DNA of 63,974 bases, the filler included, from an uncultured bacterium (GTDB lineage: Bacteria > Latescibacterota > UBA2968): the NCBI GenBank assembly GCA_964471275.1. It is 11 parts of 11 records of this genome, joined end to end, with 100 filler letters (N's around TTAATTAATTAA, not from the genome) between each part and the next. Parts side by side here need not be neighbours in the genome. Positions count along the whole stretch, not along the records: positions 24,904 to 30,963 come from CAYYGZ010000261.1; positions 31,064 to 37,091 come from CAYYGZ010000262.1; positions 37,192 to 43,206 come from CAYYGZ010000263.1; 8 more parts are not named here. One strand, written 5' to 3'. The translations under genes and the position numbers were made by a program. Of this stretch, positions 27,889 to 38,498 are shown piece by piece; the first letter of the stretch is position 1; each line of letters opens with the position of its first letter. The notes under the pieces are model-generated. The model worked only from the letters and a program-made list of their open reading frames with translations, did no database searches and was not told where the DNA came from.

Positions 27889-30797
27889 GAATTCTTTTTG
27901 TATGCGCTGCTATCTCCATCACTTTTCTTTCGCAATCCTTTGCTCAAACCGTGGTTTTTCAGGATGATTTCGAGGATGGCAACGTGTCGGGTTGGGACCG
28001 CGATAGTGGATGGAAAGTGATAGTAGAAGGCACGAATCATGTATTTGAGGGCATTGGCCATGAATGGGCTACACCGAGAATGGAGCCACTAGGTAACGCA
28101 TTCTTTGAAGCAGATTTCAAACTGGTTCAGGGAGCTTACCATTTTAATGTACTCTTTGATTCCGGTCGGTATTTTTTCCCGATTCACCCAACATTTGTCG
28201 AATTCTTCATTGATTCTGATGAAGATCCGATTAGTGAGATAAACCTGAATGTCGGTGAAGGGGTGTGGCACCACCTTGAGGTGACTCTACAGAATCAGCG
28301 TATGCAGTTTTTCCTTGATGAATCCTTGCTGTTTGAATACGACGATCCCTTTCGTTCAGTTCTGAGGGGAAAACCTGGTTTTGAAAGTATCGGCAGTGTT
28401 CTCATCGACAATGTTCTTATTAGCAGTGAAGCGGACGATTTGGATGTTGGTTCTGAGATTGCCTCTAACAGCCAACCTCGCGAACGCGCCCCTGGTCCCT
28501 TGGGCGAATTCTCGTGGGTGCGTACCGGCGGGCCGCTCGGCGGTCTTGGCTATGACATCAAAATGCGTCCAGATAATCCAGATTTCATGTTTGTGACAGA
28601 CGCGTCAGCGGGTGCACACATCAGCACTGATGGCGGGCGGACCTGGCTTCCGAGCAACGCGGGTATCGAGGAACGTACCGGCGAGTCAGGTGACGCGATC
28701 CCTGTTTTCAGCCTGACTGTTGATCCGAACAATCACGACATTGTCTGGCTGGGACTTTCAGGTGTAGCAGCTATTTACCGATCTGAGGACGGCGGCCAGA
28801 CGTGGACAAATCGTACACGTGGCATTGTTGAAACCGAAAGTCTTACGATCCGCAATATTACAGTTGAGCCTGGCAACTCAAGCGTAGTCTATGCGTCGGG
28901 AGAAATCGACAGCTGGGTGTGGGCTGGCGAGCCCCTTACGGGCAAGGAATTTGATCTTGTCAAGGGCGTTATCTACAAGTCAGCTGATGCCGGTATTAGC
29001 TGGAACGCTATTTGGCGTGGAGACAATCTAGCCCGCTACTTGTTGATCGACCCGAGCAATGTGAACACGCTTTACGTTTCGACTGGGATCTTCGATCGGG
29101 AAGCTGCTAACTCCAACCCGTTAACCAATTCGCCTGGCGGTGTTGGAGTTTTGAAGTCTACCGATGCTGGCCAGACGTGGCAGCAAATCAACGCTGGACT
29201 GAGAAACCTGTATGTTGGCAGTTTGTCCATGCACCCAGAGAACTCGCAGATTCTCCTCGCGGGTGCCGGGAATAATGCCTACGCTGCCAGCGGTGGTATC
29301 TATCGCACATCGAACGGTGGGTCAACCTGGAATTATATCGACGGTTCACAAATCCAGTCCGTTGAGTTTGCACTCGTGAATCCGAATGTGGCATACGCGG
29401 CTGGATATTCTGAGTTCTATCGGAGCGAAGACGCTGGCCGAACGTGGAGAGCCTTTCAGGGATGGGGTCCACGGGGTGTGAGCCCTGGCTTTCCAATCGA
29501 TATGCAAGTGGATCCTCGTGACCCTGTGCGGATATTTATCAACAATTATGGTGGAGGAAACTTCCTGTCGGAAGACGGAGGTAGCAGTTGGTCCTCAGCC
29601 AGCACCGGCTATACCGGAGCCCACATCCTAGATGTTGCTGTCAATCCACATTATCCACAGGTAGTGTATGCAAATGGGCGAAGTGGGCCCTTCAGGAGCG
29701 ACGACGGGGGACGTAGTTGGGAAGGGATTAACCCAATTCATGTTCGTCCGATAGCTGAGGGAGCGCGAATCACGATTGATCCTTCCTCTCCGAGTCACGT
29801 GCTGATGTCCTCTGCTCATTGGGGGTGGACTTACGAAAGTGTGAATGGCGGGTTGACGTGGTCTCTCGTGACAAATTATGAGGAAGAATTAGGGAATCTG
29901 CGCTGGCCCAACACCAATCAGAAGTTTCAGGGATTCCAGGCGATTACCTTCGCGCCAACGCAGCCGGAAAAAGTCTATGGTGGGTTTGGTGTGCAGAGAT
30001 GTGCCAAAGGTGCTGACCCAGATCTATGTAGCACACCTCCCATTGTGAGTATCCTCACCTCAACAGATGGCGGGCATACGTGGAGGCGCCACGAGGACAC
30101 CGCCGTGGACGGTTTGACAGTTGCTGAGATCGTAGTCGATCCGACTGACGCTGATGTGGCGTGGGTGGCCACCGTGGGCGGGGGCGTTTTTCGCTCAGTA
30201 GATGGGGGTGACACTTGGGAGAGGGCGTCCGACGGCCTGACGAACGCGATGGTAATGAGCCTGGCAGGCGACCCTAACAATCCCGCCGTCTTGTACGCAG
30301 GAACGAATAACTCTGGCCTGTTTAAGACCGACGATGGGGGAGTCTCCTGGAGGGCGAGCAGCGTGGGCATGGAGCCGGAAGAGTGGATTGGGACCATTGT
30401 AGTCGACCCGCGACGGCCAGATGTTGTTTACGCAGGGAGCTTAACAAGCGGTCTGTACGTAAGTGAAGATGCCGGTGCCACGTGGCACCGGCACAACGAT
30501 GGGCTGCAAATGAGAGCAATCGAGACACTTGATATCGCGACCGATGGCGATGTACTCTATGCAGGAACGAGCGGCGGCGGCGTGTTCAGATTGGGAGACC
30601 TTGACCTGACGCGACGCAGTTGCGGACCCGATTTTGATTGCGATGGCGAAGTTGGGTTCAAGGACTTCCTGGATTTTGCTGAGGCCTTCGGCAAAGCTGA
30701 CCCCTTATTCGATCTGGATGGTAGTGGAATGGTGGATTTCCCAGATTTCATACAGTTCGCGGAGAGCTTTGGTCAAGTTACGCAGGGGTCGTCTTGA
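27885..30797 (+). CDS. Secreted BNR/Asp-box (Vps10/YCF48-like) beta-propeller protein with dockerin/EF-hand-like tail
   Basis: Many S-x-D-G-G-x-T/S-W repeats; signal peptide; tail DFDCDGEVGFKDF..DLDGSGMVDFPDF; ATGA overlap with the cytochrome gene. Confidence 0.85.
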   Translation: MRILFVCAAISITFLSQSFAQTVVFQDDFEDGNVSGWDRDSGWKVIVEGTNHVFEGIGHEWATPRMEPLGNAFFEADFKLVQGAYHFNVLFDSGRYFFPIHPTFVEFFIDSDEDPISEINLNVGEGVWHHLEVTLQNQRMQFFLDESLLFEYDDPFRSVLRGKPGFESIGSVLIDNVLISSEADDLDVGSEIASNSQPRERAPGPLGEFSWVRTGGPLGGLGYDIKMRPDNPDFMFVTDASAGAHISTDGGRTWLPSNAGIEERTGESGDAIPVFSLTVDPNNHDIVWLGLSGVAAIYRSEDGGQTWTNRTRGIVETESLTIRNITVEPGNSSVVYASGEIDSWVWAGEPLTGKEFDLVKGVIYKSADAGISWNAIWRGDNLARYLLIDPSNVNTLYVSTGIFDREAANSNPLTNSPGGVGVLKSTDAGQTWQQINAGLRNLYVGSLSMHPENSQILLAGAGNNAYAASGGIYRTSNGGSTWNYIDGSQIQSVEFALVNPNVAYAAGYSEFYRSEDAGRTWRAFQGWGPRGVSPGFPIDMQVDPRDPVRIFINNYGGGNFLSEDGGSSWSSASTGYTGAHILDVAVNPHYPQVVYANGRSGPFRSDDGGRSWEGINPIHVRPIAEGARITIDPSSPSHVLMSSAHWGWTYESVNGGLTWSLVTNYEEELGNLRWPNTNQKFQGFQAITFAPTQPEKVYGGFGVQRCAKGADPDLCSTPPIVSILTSTDGGHTWRRHEDTAVDGLTVAEIVVDPTDADVAWVATVGGGVFRSVDGGDTWERASDGLTNAMVMSLAGDPNNPAVLYAGTNNSGLFKTDDGGVSWRASSVGMEPEEWIGTIVVDPRRPDVVYAGSLTSGLYVSEDAGATWHRHNDGLQMRAIETLDIATDGDVLYAGTSGGGVFRLGDLDLTRRSCGPDFDCDGEVGFKDFLDFAEAFGKADPLFDLDGSGMVDFPDFIQFAESFGQVTQGSS

Positions 30798-31063
30798 AAG
30801 ATTTCAGAAGCAGTCAGCAATGTGACACCAACTCCTTAAGAGGCTTCTCGAATATAATACCCAGCAGACATCGGGCCGTGTTCAGAGGGCGGTAGGAAAC
30901 TATCCAATTACGAATAAAATCCACACTCGGCCTCATTCTCCCCTCGACTTCTCACCCAGATACNNNNNNNNNNNNNNNNNNNNNNNNNNNNNNNNNNNNN
31001 NNNNNNNTTAATTAATTAANNNNNNNNNNNNNNNNNNNNNNNNNNNNNNNNNNNNNNNNNNNN

Positions 31064-31748
31064 AACACTCGACCACCCAGATCCCTGACTCCGTCACATC
31101 CCAGTTGACATAGCCGCAGACCTCACCATCCCTCTCGATGCCCACGTTGGGGAACACGGATCGGTATCTGGCTGGCCCCGTGGACCAGTAGGCTTCATCT
31201 CTCTGTTCTGTCCCGGTATAAACCATGGAACAGTTGGCGTGAACCCGCCGAACGGCATCAAGATCTTCTGCAAGCTTCAGTGGTCGGCATTCGACAGGAT
31301 CGACATCCTTCGCATCGTTGAGGTCGATCTCGAAAACAGCGATCGGGATCGGAGTCCATCCTCGCGCAGCGTAGTACGATGTACCGATGATCGTGAAGAG
31401 AAGGCCAATGTCGTAGCCAACCTCCTCGAGATATGCCTCGGTATTTGCCAGAAGCCCGGACGCGATCCCCTGTCCTCGGTGATCCGGGTGCGTCAGAAGA
31501 CTGCCGATCCCCCCTGCCGTGACCACTTGACCCCGGACGGAGAGCTTTCGGTCCCAAACCCGCAGATGGCCCACGATCTGACCATCGACCAGAGCCACGC
31601 GAGTTTGCCCAGGCCTGTAGGTAGGGTCCTCCCTGACATAGCTTCTGTATCGATCCGGCGCACCATCCTGCCTAGGGCGAAAAGCAAGATGCTGAAGCGC
31701 GATGCACGCCTCAAGCTCATCATCACTCGCCGCTCTATACTCAACCAA
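31064..31748 (-). CDS. GNAT acetyltransferase, Eis-like (3' truncated)
   Basis: GGIGSLLTHPDHRGQGIAS (acetyl-CoA loop), YYAARGW; likely TTG start at 31748. Confidence 0.82.
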
Positions 31749-31753
31749 ACCGG

Positions 31754-32530
31754 CTACCCAACCGGTGCGAGCCAGCCGCCATCGACAGGCAACGCAACAC
31801 CCGTGATCCACTCGGCATCATCCGAAGCGAGGAACACGCAAGCCCGACCGACATCGCGGGGTATGCCCAACCGGGGAAGGGGTGTCTTGTGCAGACACCC
31901 CTGAATCTCCTCTTCTGTCAGGTAGTCCTGTATCGGTGTCTCGATGTAGCCCGGACATACCGCATTCACCGTAACGCCGTATTTTCCAACCTCACAGGCC
32001 GTGTCCTTCGTCAGATTCACGACAGCGGCCTTGGCCGGTGCGTAGGCGGGTCCCGCGCCGCCGTGGAAGGCGTGCACCGACCCAATGTTGATGATTCGAC
32101 CTGCGTCTGACTTGATCAGATGCGGAACCGCAAACTTGGTTCCGAGAAACACGCCACGCAGGTTGATACCTGTTACCCGGTCCCAGTCGGCCACCGACAG
32201 CTCCTGACTCGTCGCAGGAATGTGAATGCCCGCATTGCTGACCAGAATATCGAGTCCCTCGAATGCTTCAACCGCCCTCTCAATCAGGTTCGTCACGTCC
32301 GTTTCACTCGATGTGTCGGTCTTGACGAACAAGCTCCTTGCCCCCAGAATCGCACATTCCTCTGCGGTGGTTGTGATCACATCCTGATCGTGATACTTCC
32401 CCTGCTTTGGTTCCTCCTGAACATCGGCCACGACGACATTTGCCCCCTCGTGTGCGAGCTCGATCGCGATGCCTCGGCCGACACCCGAACTTCCCCCTGT
32501 CACGATTGCTGTTCGATCCTTAAGCCGCAT
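31754..32530 (-). CDS. Short-chain dehydrogenase/reductase
   Basis: TGGSSGVG, SNAG, YAPAK, VNAVCPG, VDGG. Confidence 0.93.
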   Translation of the reverse strand: MRLKDRTAIVTGGSSGVGRGIAIELAHEGANVVVADVQEEPKQGKYHDQDVITTTAEECAILGARSLFVKTDTSSETDVTNLIERAVEAFEGLDILVSNAGIHIPATSQELSVADWDRVTGINLRGVFLGTKFAVPHLIKSDAGRIINIGSVHAFHGGAGPAYAPAKAAVVNLTKDTACEVGKYGVTVNAVCPGYIETPIQDYLTEEEIQGCLHKTPLPRLGIPRDVGRACVFLASDDAEWITGVALPVDGGWLAPVG

Positions 32531-32539
32531 ACTCCCTCC

Positions 32540-33391
32540 TCAAGTCTGAATATCTCGAGCTGAATCCAACAGCTTCTTCAGCGAATCTCCAAGAATGGCT
32601 TCCCGATCGTTTTCCGGGATGAAGTCACAGTGTAAGCGAAAGGCCTCGAGCGCCTGCTGGTAGGTCATGTAATTACGTACCACGGGGTAGTCTGACCCCC
32701 AGCAGAGCCGATCTGGACCAAAAGCATCGTAGAGACAACGGATAACATCGTGGGTCTCGTGGTAGGGGTAGTCCCATTTTCGTTCATTCATCGCATACGA
32801 GAAACCGGAAATTTTGACATAGACGTTCGGAGCGTCCGCCGATGCGCAGATCATTTTCATCCGCTCGCCGTCGCCCACACGCGATCCCGCCATGTGGTGG
32901 CAGAGAAAGGGAACATCAGGGAACCTTCCGGCAAGTTCTCGAACCACTGGCTGCAGATTCGCCCCAATCGCCAGACTGGCGATCAGCTTCATTTCTTGAG
33001 CCGTCTCGAAGAATCGTGTTCCTTCCTCCCCCAGATACCAGCTCCCGTCGTCATCGCCCTTCACATAGTGCGTAAAGCCCTTCATCGGGTAGGCAGCAGC
33101 AGCCCCTGCCAATCGATCAGCAGATCCAGATACCTGGTAGGACGGCCACCAACTGCAATCGACATCCGCAAACATATCGAGCCGGTCTGGGAACCGCTTA
33201 ACGCAGCCTGCCCCATAGTCATTGTCATCCGGATTCCGTTCGATGCGAGCACAGACCAGGACGGCCCGATCGACTCCATTTCGGTCCATCTCGAACAGCA
33301 GCTGCTCAACCGTGCCTCTGCTCTCGTCATCCGGCACCCGCGGTTCGTACGGCCACCGCAGCCACGCGTGACAGTGTGAATCGATGATCAT
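32540..33391 (-). CDS. Amidohydrolase 2 family protein (sugar-lactonase-like)
   Basis: IIDSHCH, CHHMA, VYVKISG, RLCWGSDYP; start MIIDS at 33391. Confidence 0.85.
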   Translation of the reverse strand: MIIDSHCHAWLRWPYEPRVPDDESRGTVEQLLFEMDRNGVDRAVLVCARIERNPDDNDYGAGCVKRFPDRLDMFADVDCSWWPSYQVSGSADRLAGAAAAYPMKGFTHYVKGDDDGSWYLGEEGTRFFETAQEMKLIASLAIGANLQPVVRELAGRFPDVPFLCHHMAGSRVGDGERMKMICASADAPNVYVKISGFSYAMNERKWDYPYHETHDVIRCLYDAFGPDRLCWGSDYPVVRNYMTYQQALEAFRLHCDFIPENDREAILGDSLKKLLDSARDIQT

Positions 33392-33607
33392 CAGGAGACC
33401 TTTCGCGTGAGACGTGAGGAAATGTAGTCTATGCGACCTGAAGCACGTGACTATACCCGTAAACTTCTTGTAGGCCACACAGGTTGTGCAGGACGTGTTG
33501 AGATCGAGAAGCCGGATTACGCATGAGTATTGTGGCTTGGCCGGATTCTCGATGCGCCCCGTATATGTTCGGGGCTACTCAAACACACGATGGCTATTGC
33601 GTCCAAG

Positions 33608-35692
33608 CTAGTATAGCCGTGTTGACGCTCCTCCAGCTTCTCGCCTGACGGCCTCGAACCGGCCCTTCTCAGGCGAGAATCCGTATTCCTCTCGGCTTCC
33701 GTCAGTCTTCACAACAGCGATACCCAGTACGTCACCCAGAATCGAGACTTCGCTAATCGATGACGCTTGTCTATCCTTGCGCGGCTCGATCACGGCGGCA
33801 AACCTCGCCGCTGCTCCCCGTCTTGTTACCATCATCATCGGAATCCGATCCAGTATCGATTCTCCCACTCCCGTCCCGACAGCGATTTCGCTTCCGGCCT
33901 GGCCGTCCATCAGGATGTCGACCGCATCCGAAGACACGTCGATCGTGACGCGACAGCCGTCATCAGTTGCTCCCTTCCTGATCCCATCCACAAGCTCGAA
34001 ACCTTGCCCTTCGCCAAGCATGCCCTGAGTCGGCGCCGCATCGGAGGCAATTCCCTCACCCACATTGTGGTAGAGCCAATCAAATGTGTGTTCGCTTCCG
34101 GAGCGGTCCTCCAGCTGATCGACGACTACAGCATAATCGGGTCGTAGAACAAACATGCGACGATGCGACACACCCTCGTAGGCGGAATCGACACGCGCAA
34201 CCGTAACTGCAAGGTTTTCGTTGTGTGCAAAGAACTCTCCAATACCCTCAACACCCTCCTGAGACTGGCGATCGACAAGAACCGTATTATGGCTTGTAGT
34301 CGAGCGATACCAGTTCCTGTGGATCGGGAGACGGTAAGCCTGGCTGCGGGCGCGCCCGGGGTCATAGCCCAACTCCTTTCCCATCGCGAAGTAGACGAAG
34401 GACAGTTTGTCGAAGTGCCCGTGGAACCCGCCAAAAGGGCCAAACGTAAGTACCGCACTCGAGGCCCCGCCGTCACCATTCACACGCAGAATGGCGTGCC
34501 CCGCTCCCTCTTTGAGCTCGCTCTCCTGCCTGCTCGTTCGAATGCCGGAAGGTGTCTGGTCTCGGCCGAGCAGAATCGAATCCCAGGTCGGCCCCTCAGG
34601 AAGTACAGCTAAGAACGCCGGATCCTTCCAATAGCTGTATGCCGTCTCGTATCGATGGCCCTGCGTTCCGGTCGTTAACGCGTCCCCGAATCGAGGTAGC
34701 GTACCATCGGCCATCACATAGTCCATTGCGACCGTATACATCGATTTGACAGTCGGATCCGTATACAGATCCATCCCGAGCCGTCGCCCCGTCTCAATGA
34801 TCCGTTCAACTGCCCCCAGCGTGTAGAAATGGTAGCTCCAGGAGTTCTCATACCACATACCGCCCGGCAGGACGGACACATCCATCTGGTATCGATGACC
34901 ATTCTCCGGATCTTCGATGGCCTGTCGGATCAGGTCATCATCTTCGAGAACGCCGCCGATCAGCATGAAAGCCGAGTTGTGATAGGTCTGCCAGTTGCTC
35001 TTCCCCGCCTTGTGTTTCGAGATGTTCTCGGCCAGTTCTCTGAGAAACGTGTGGATCGATTCGTGATCCCGTGTGCTGACCATACCGCTTTCGCGAATCA
35101 GATCGTATGTCTCAACAACCCGTTCTGTCCAACTCGCTTCATTGAGTGTCTGCTCGTAGACGTGACCGCTCGATCTGCTCAGTCGATCGTCTCGCTTCCC
35201 CTGGTTCGCGCTGTGCAGCGGATACTGACTGTAGCGTTCTGAAAATTCGACCAGGATATCTCTCGCCTTACCGGCATAGGCCATGTTTCCAGTCAGTGCG
35301 AACGCCCAGGCACATTCGTTCATGTCGGTGGTCAGCGTGCCGAGATGCCGACTATAGATGACATTGTCGTAGGGGTAACCCGAATAGATCTCATTGCAGT
35401 TTGGACACTCGTGGTGTGTATCGTCAACCGTCTTCAGTCCAATCTGGCACCTGTCACACTGATACCACTGATTGTGCTGGCCACCTTCGGGTGGGAAGGA
35501 GATCCTCCGCGACATCGCCAGATCTGCGCGCTCGATGCGTCTGGTGATCACATCTCCCTTCGCTCCTCCTGATCGGTATGCGGCCCTGAGTCTGCCCAAC
35601 TCCTCAGGCGTGCAGGCGACCTTAGGCCAATCGCTTTCTGTACACGACATACTCAACCCCAAGGCTAGGATAATTACGATTCTGAACCTCAC
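33608..35692 (-). CDS. Alginate lyase / heparinase II/III-family lipoprotein (PL17-like)
   Basis: Lipobox-like LSMSC; QTLNEA, SNWQTYHN, GMWYENSWSYHFY, GFHGHFDKL, HNTVLVD. Confidence 0.82.
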   Translation of the reverse strand: MRFRIVIILALGLSMSCTESDWPKVACTPEELGRLRAAYRSGGAKGDVITRRIERADLAMSRRISFPPEGGQHNQWYQCDRCQIGLKTVDDTHHECPNCNEIYSGYPYDNVIYSRHLGTLTTDMNECAWAFALTGNMAYAGKARDILVEFSERYSQYPLHSANQGKRDDRLSRSSGHVYEQTLNEASWTERVVETYDLIRESGMVSTRDHESIHTFLRELAENISKHKAGKSNWQTYHNSAFMLIGGVLEDDDLIRQAIEDPENGHRYQMDVSVLPGGMWYENSWSYHFYTLGAVERIIETGRRLGMDLYTDPTVKSMYTVAMDYVMADGTLPRFGDALTTGTQGHRYETAYSYWKDPAFLAVLPEGPTWDSILLGRDQTPSGIRTSRQESELKEGAGHAILRVNGDGGASSAVLTFGPFGGFHGHFDKLSFVYFAMGKELGYDPGRARSQAYRLPIHRNWYRSTTSHNTVLVDRQSQEGVEGIGEFFAHNENLAVTVARVDSAYEGVSHRRMFVLRPDYAVVVDQLEDRSGSEHTFDWLYHNVGEGIASDAAPTQGMLGEGQGFELVDGIRKGATDDGCRVTIDVSSDAVDILMDGQAGSEIAVGTGVGESILDRIPMMMVTRRGAAARFAAVIEPRKDRQASSISEVSILGDVLGIAVVKTDGSREEYGFSPEKGRFEAVRREAGGASTRLY

Positions 35693-35879
35693 GTGAGTTC
35701 CCTCATATTGTTCTCATATACGCAGGACCTTGTCTGCCTTATCGACCTGATATAACTCGCGGGTCCTGTTTCCCCATGCTCGCGACGATCGTATACCGCG
35801 TCAAGATCGATATCCAGATCACAATTGGTGGGATATGCCACAACTGATCCGGACCTGCGGAAGCGCCCGTAAATGAGAA

Positions 35880-35909
35880 CGGCAGAGCGATCAGATGATC
35901 GCCCTGCCG
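35880..35909 (-). terminator. Hairpin downstream of aspC
   Basis: CGGCAGAGCGATC-AGAT-GATCGCCCTGCCG. Confidence 0.5.
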
Positions 35910-35937
35910 AAACAACAGCTTCCAATGTGTCTGCGCG

Positions 35938-37091
35938 TCAGATGCTCAAAACATCAGCTATGCTCTCGCACAGATAGTCCATATTCTCCTGCCTCACGCC
36001 GGCCACGTTGATTCTACCACCTGTTTTCACGACGTAGATGGAATGCCGATCACGAAGCGCATCCACTTGATCGGCCGTCAACCCGGAAAAGGAGAACATC
36101 CCGCGCTGCCGGGCAATAAACGAGAAATCGCGCATCACCCCCTTGCGCTCGAGCGTATCCACTAACAGCTTCCGCATGCCATTTATTCGGTCCCGCATCT
36201 CGCGGACCTCCTCGTCCCACTGCCGCCGTAGCTCTGGATCGTTCAGCACGGTCGTCACGATCGAGGACCCGTGTGCGGGGGGATTCGAGTAGTTCGTCCG
36301 GATAGTGATCATCACGTGGCTTTGAGCGACTTTTGCGGCATTGCTGTCGGCGCTCACGAGGGTCAACGCACCGATCCGCTCGCGGTAGAGGCCGAAATTC
36401 TTGGAGAACGAGCTGGCAACGAACATCTCACAACCTGTCGCCGCAAGCGTGTGCAGCCCCTTTCCGTCCGCGTCCAGACCGTCACCCAGACCCTGATACG
36501 CGAAATCCACGAGCGGGATGAACTTGCGTGTCTGCACGACGTCGGCAATCTCCGCCCACTGGTCGGCGTTCGGGTCCATCCCCGTCGGATTGTGACAGCA
36601 GCCGTGCAGGAGGACGATGTCACCCTCTGGCACTTCACCGAGCGCGCCGATCAGCGCATCGAAGTCGAGCTCGTTCTTCTCTGAGTCATAGTAGGGATAT
36701 GTCCGGGTCGGCAAACCAGCGGCTCCGAATACCTTGGGATGATTGGCCCAGGTTGGATCGCTCAGCCAGAGGGTTGCGTTCGGAAACAGGCTGTGGATGA
36801 AATCGCCCGCAACGCGAAGCGCACCTGTTCCGCCGGGTGTCTGTACGGTACAGGCTCGGCCGGATGTAACAATCTCGTGACCTTCTCCAAAAAGGAGATG
36901 CTGTACGGCTTCACCGTAGGTGGCGTCACCACCAATCGTCAGATAGCTCTTTGTACTTTCCTCGGCCAACACCCGTTCTTCCGCCGTTTTGACGGCTCTG
37001 AAGATCGGAGTAGCACCCTCAGCATCCTTGTAGACACCGACACCGAGGTTAATCTTCTTGGGGTTTGAATCTTCGTTGAACGCGGTCGTCA
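35938..37091 (-). CDS. aspC: Aspartate/aromatic amino acid aminotransferase (5' truncated)
   Basis: KINLGVGVY, QTPGGTGALR, HGCCHNPTG, DFAYQG, SSFSKNFGLYRER, GMFSFSGL. Confidence 0.93.
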
Positions 37092-37191
37092 NNNNNNNNN
37101 NNNNNNNNNNNNNNNNNNNNNNNNNNNNNNNNNNNTTAATTAATTAANNNNNNNNNNNNNNNNNNNNNNNNNNNNNNNNNNNNNNNNNNNN

Positions 37192-37452
37192 GATCTGCCA
37201 GAACAGGGAATGGTTCCAGTGTCCGCCACCGTTGTTGCGGACGGCCGTCCGCTTGTCCTCGGGAACGCTGTCCAGATTTGCTACAAGCTCACCTAGGTCT
37301 TTGTCCTCCAGACCAGTTCCATCGAGCGCAGCATTCAAATTGGTAACATAGGCGTTGTGATGTTTGCCGTGATGGATCTCCATCGTATCGGCACCAATAT
37401 GGGGGGCCAATGCATCGTGTGCATAAGGCAGATCGGGTAAACTATGAGCCAT
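37192..37452 (-). CDS. sodA: Fe/Mn superoxide dismutase (3' truncated)
   Basis: [35 protein letters not shown] (GGG is typical of Mn-SOD). Confidence 0.9.
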
Positions 37453-37634
37453 CAGAGTCTCCTTGTTATTCGGGCAGAGCCCATACAGGAAAAGATGTAA
37501 TCGATTGAAATCTATCAACTTACGAAAGGTCCGCTCGGACAGGCCGGATCCATAAAAAGCAAGCCAAAATATACGGAACCGCTATAGAGCCGTCAAGGTA
37601 GCCGAATGACAATTGCGCAGCCAGGGTGGAGATT

Positions 37635-38495
37635 CTAGGCTGGCGCCGTTGCTTTCACGTTATCGATCAAGCGGGCACGCCCGAATCGGACGGCAACAGC
37701 CAGAAGGACCGTCCCCGCCAGGACGTCGTGCTTATGCAGCGTTTCCGCGCTGACAGCCTCGACATAGTCGATATCTGCCCCCTCGGCCTTCTCGATGAGC
37801 GCTCGCATCGCGGTGGTCACGATCGAACGGCCTTTCTCACCGGCTTCGACGAGCTCGCGGCCGCGCTGCAGAGCGTGGAAGAGGATGGGTGCCTGTGTCC
37901 GCTCTATCGGTGACAGGTAGATGTTCCGCGAGCTTCTCGCAAGACCATCCGCCTCTCGTATGGTCGGAGATACCAGCACCTCCACGCCCAGGTTGAGGTC
38001 GCGCGTCACGCGCTCGATAACCAGAACCTGCTGCGCATCCTTCTGCCCGAAAACAGCTGCGTCAGGCCGGCACGACGTAAAGAGCTTGGTAACGACTGTC
38101 GCCACACCTCTGAAATGGCCCGGTCGCGAGGCGCCGCAGAGCCCATCCGTCAGCCCGGCTACGTCCACGTGGGTCACAAAACCGTTCGGATACATCTCCT
38201 CGACAGGGGGCGCAAAGACCACGTCGCCGCCTGCCGCCTCGATCAGGCCGATATCTCGATCAAAGTCACGCGGGTAGGCCGCATAATCTTCGTTCGGCCC
38301 AAACTGTGTGGGATTGACAAAAAGGCTGACAACCACGACATCCCCGTCCCGGCGTGCGCGCCGGATCAAGCTGCCGTGGCCCGCGTGGAGGTATCCCATC
38401 GTCGGGACAAGAGTCACCCGCCGGCCGGCGCAGCGTGCTGCGTCTGAAGCGGCCTGCATCGTGGTGACGCGTTCGATGACCTGGGGTCTTGCCAA
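37635..38495 (-). CDS. panC: Pantoate--beta-alanine ligase
   Basis: PTMGYLHAGH, FVNPTQF, RPGHFRGV, FGQKDAQQ, SSRN, RLIDN. Confidence 0.95.
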   Translation of the reverse strand: MARPQVIERVTTMQAASDAARCAGRRVTLVPTMGYLHAGHGSLIRRARRDGDVVVVSLFVNPTQFGPNEDYAAYPRDFDRDIGLIEAAGGDVVFAPPVEEMYPNGFVTHVDVAGLTDGLCGASRPGHFRGVATVVTKLFTSCRPDAAVFGQKDAQQVLVIERVTRDLNLGVEVLVSPTIREADGLARSSRNIYLSPIERTQAPILFHALQRGRELVEAGEKGRSIVTTAMRALIEKAEGADIDYVEAVSAETLHKHDVLAGTVLLAVAVRFGRARLIDNVKATAPA

Positions 38496-38498
38496 GGA

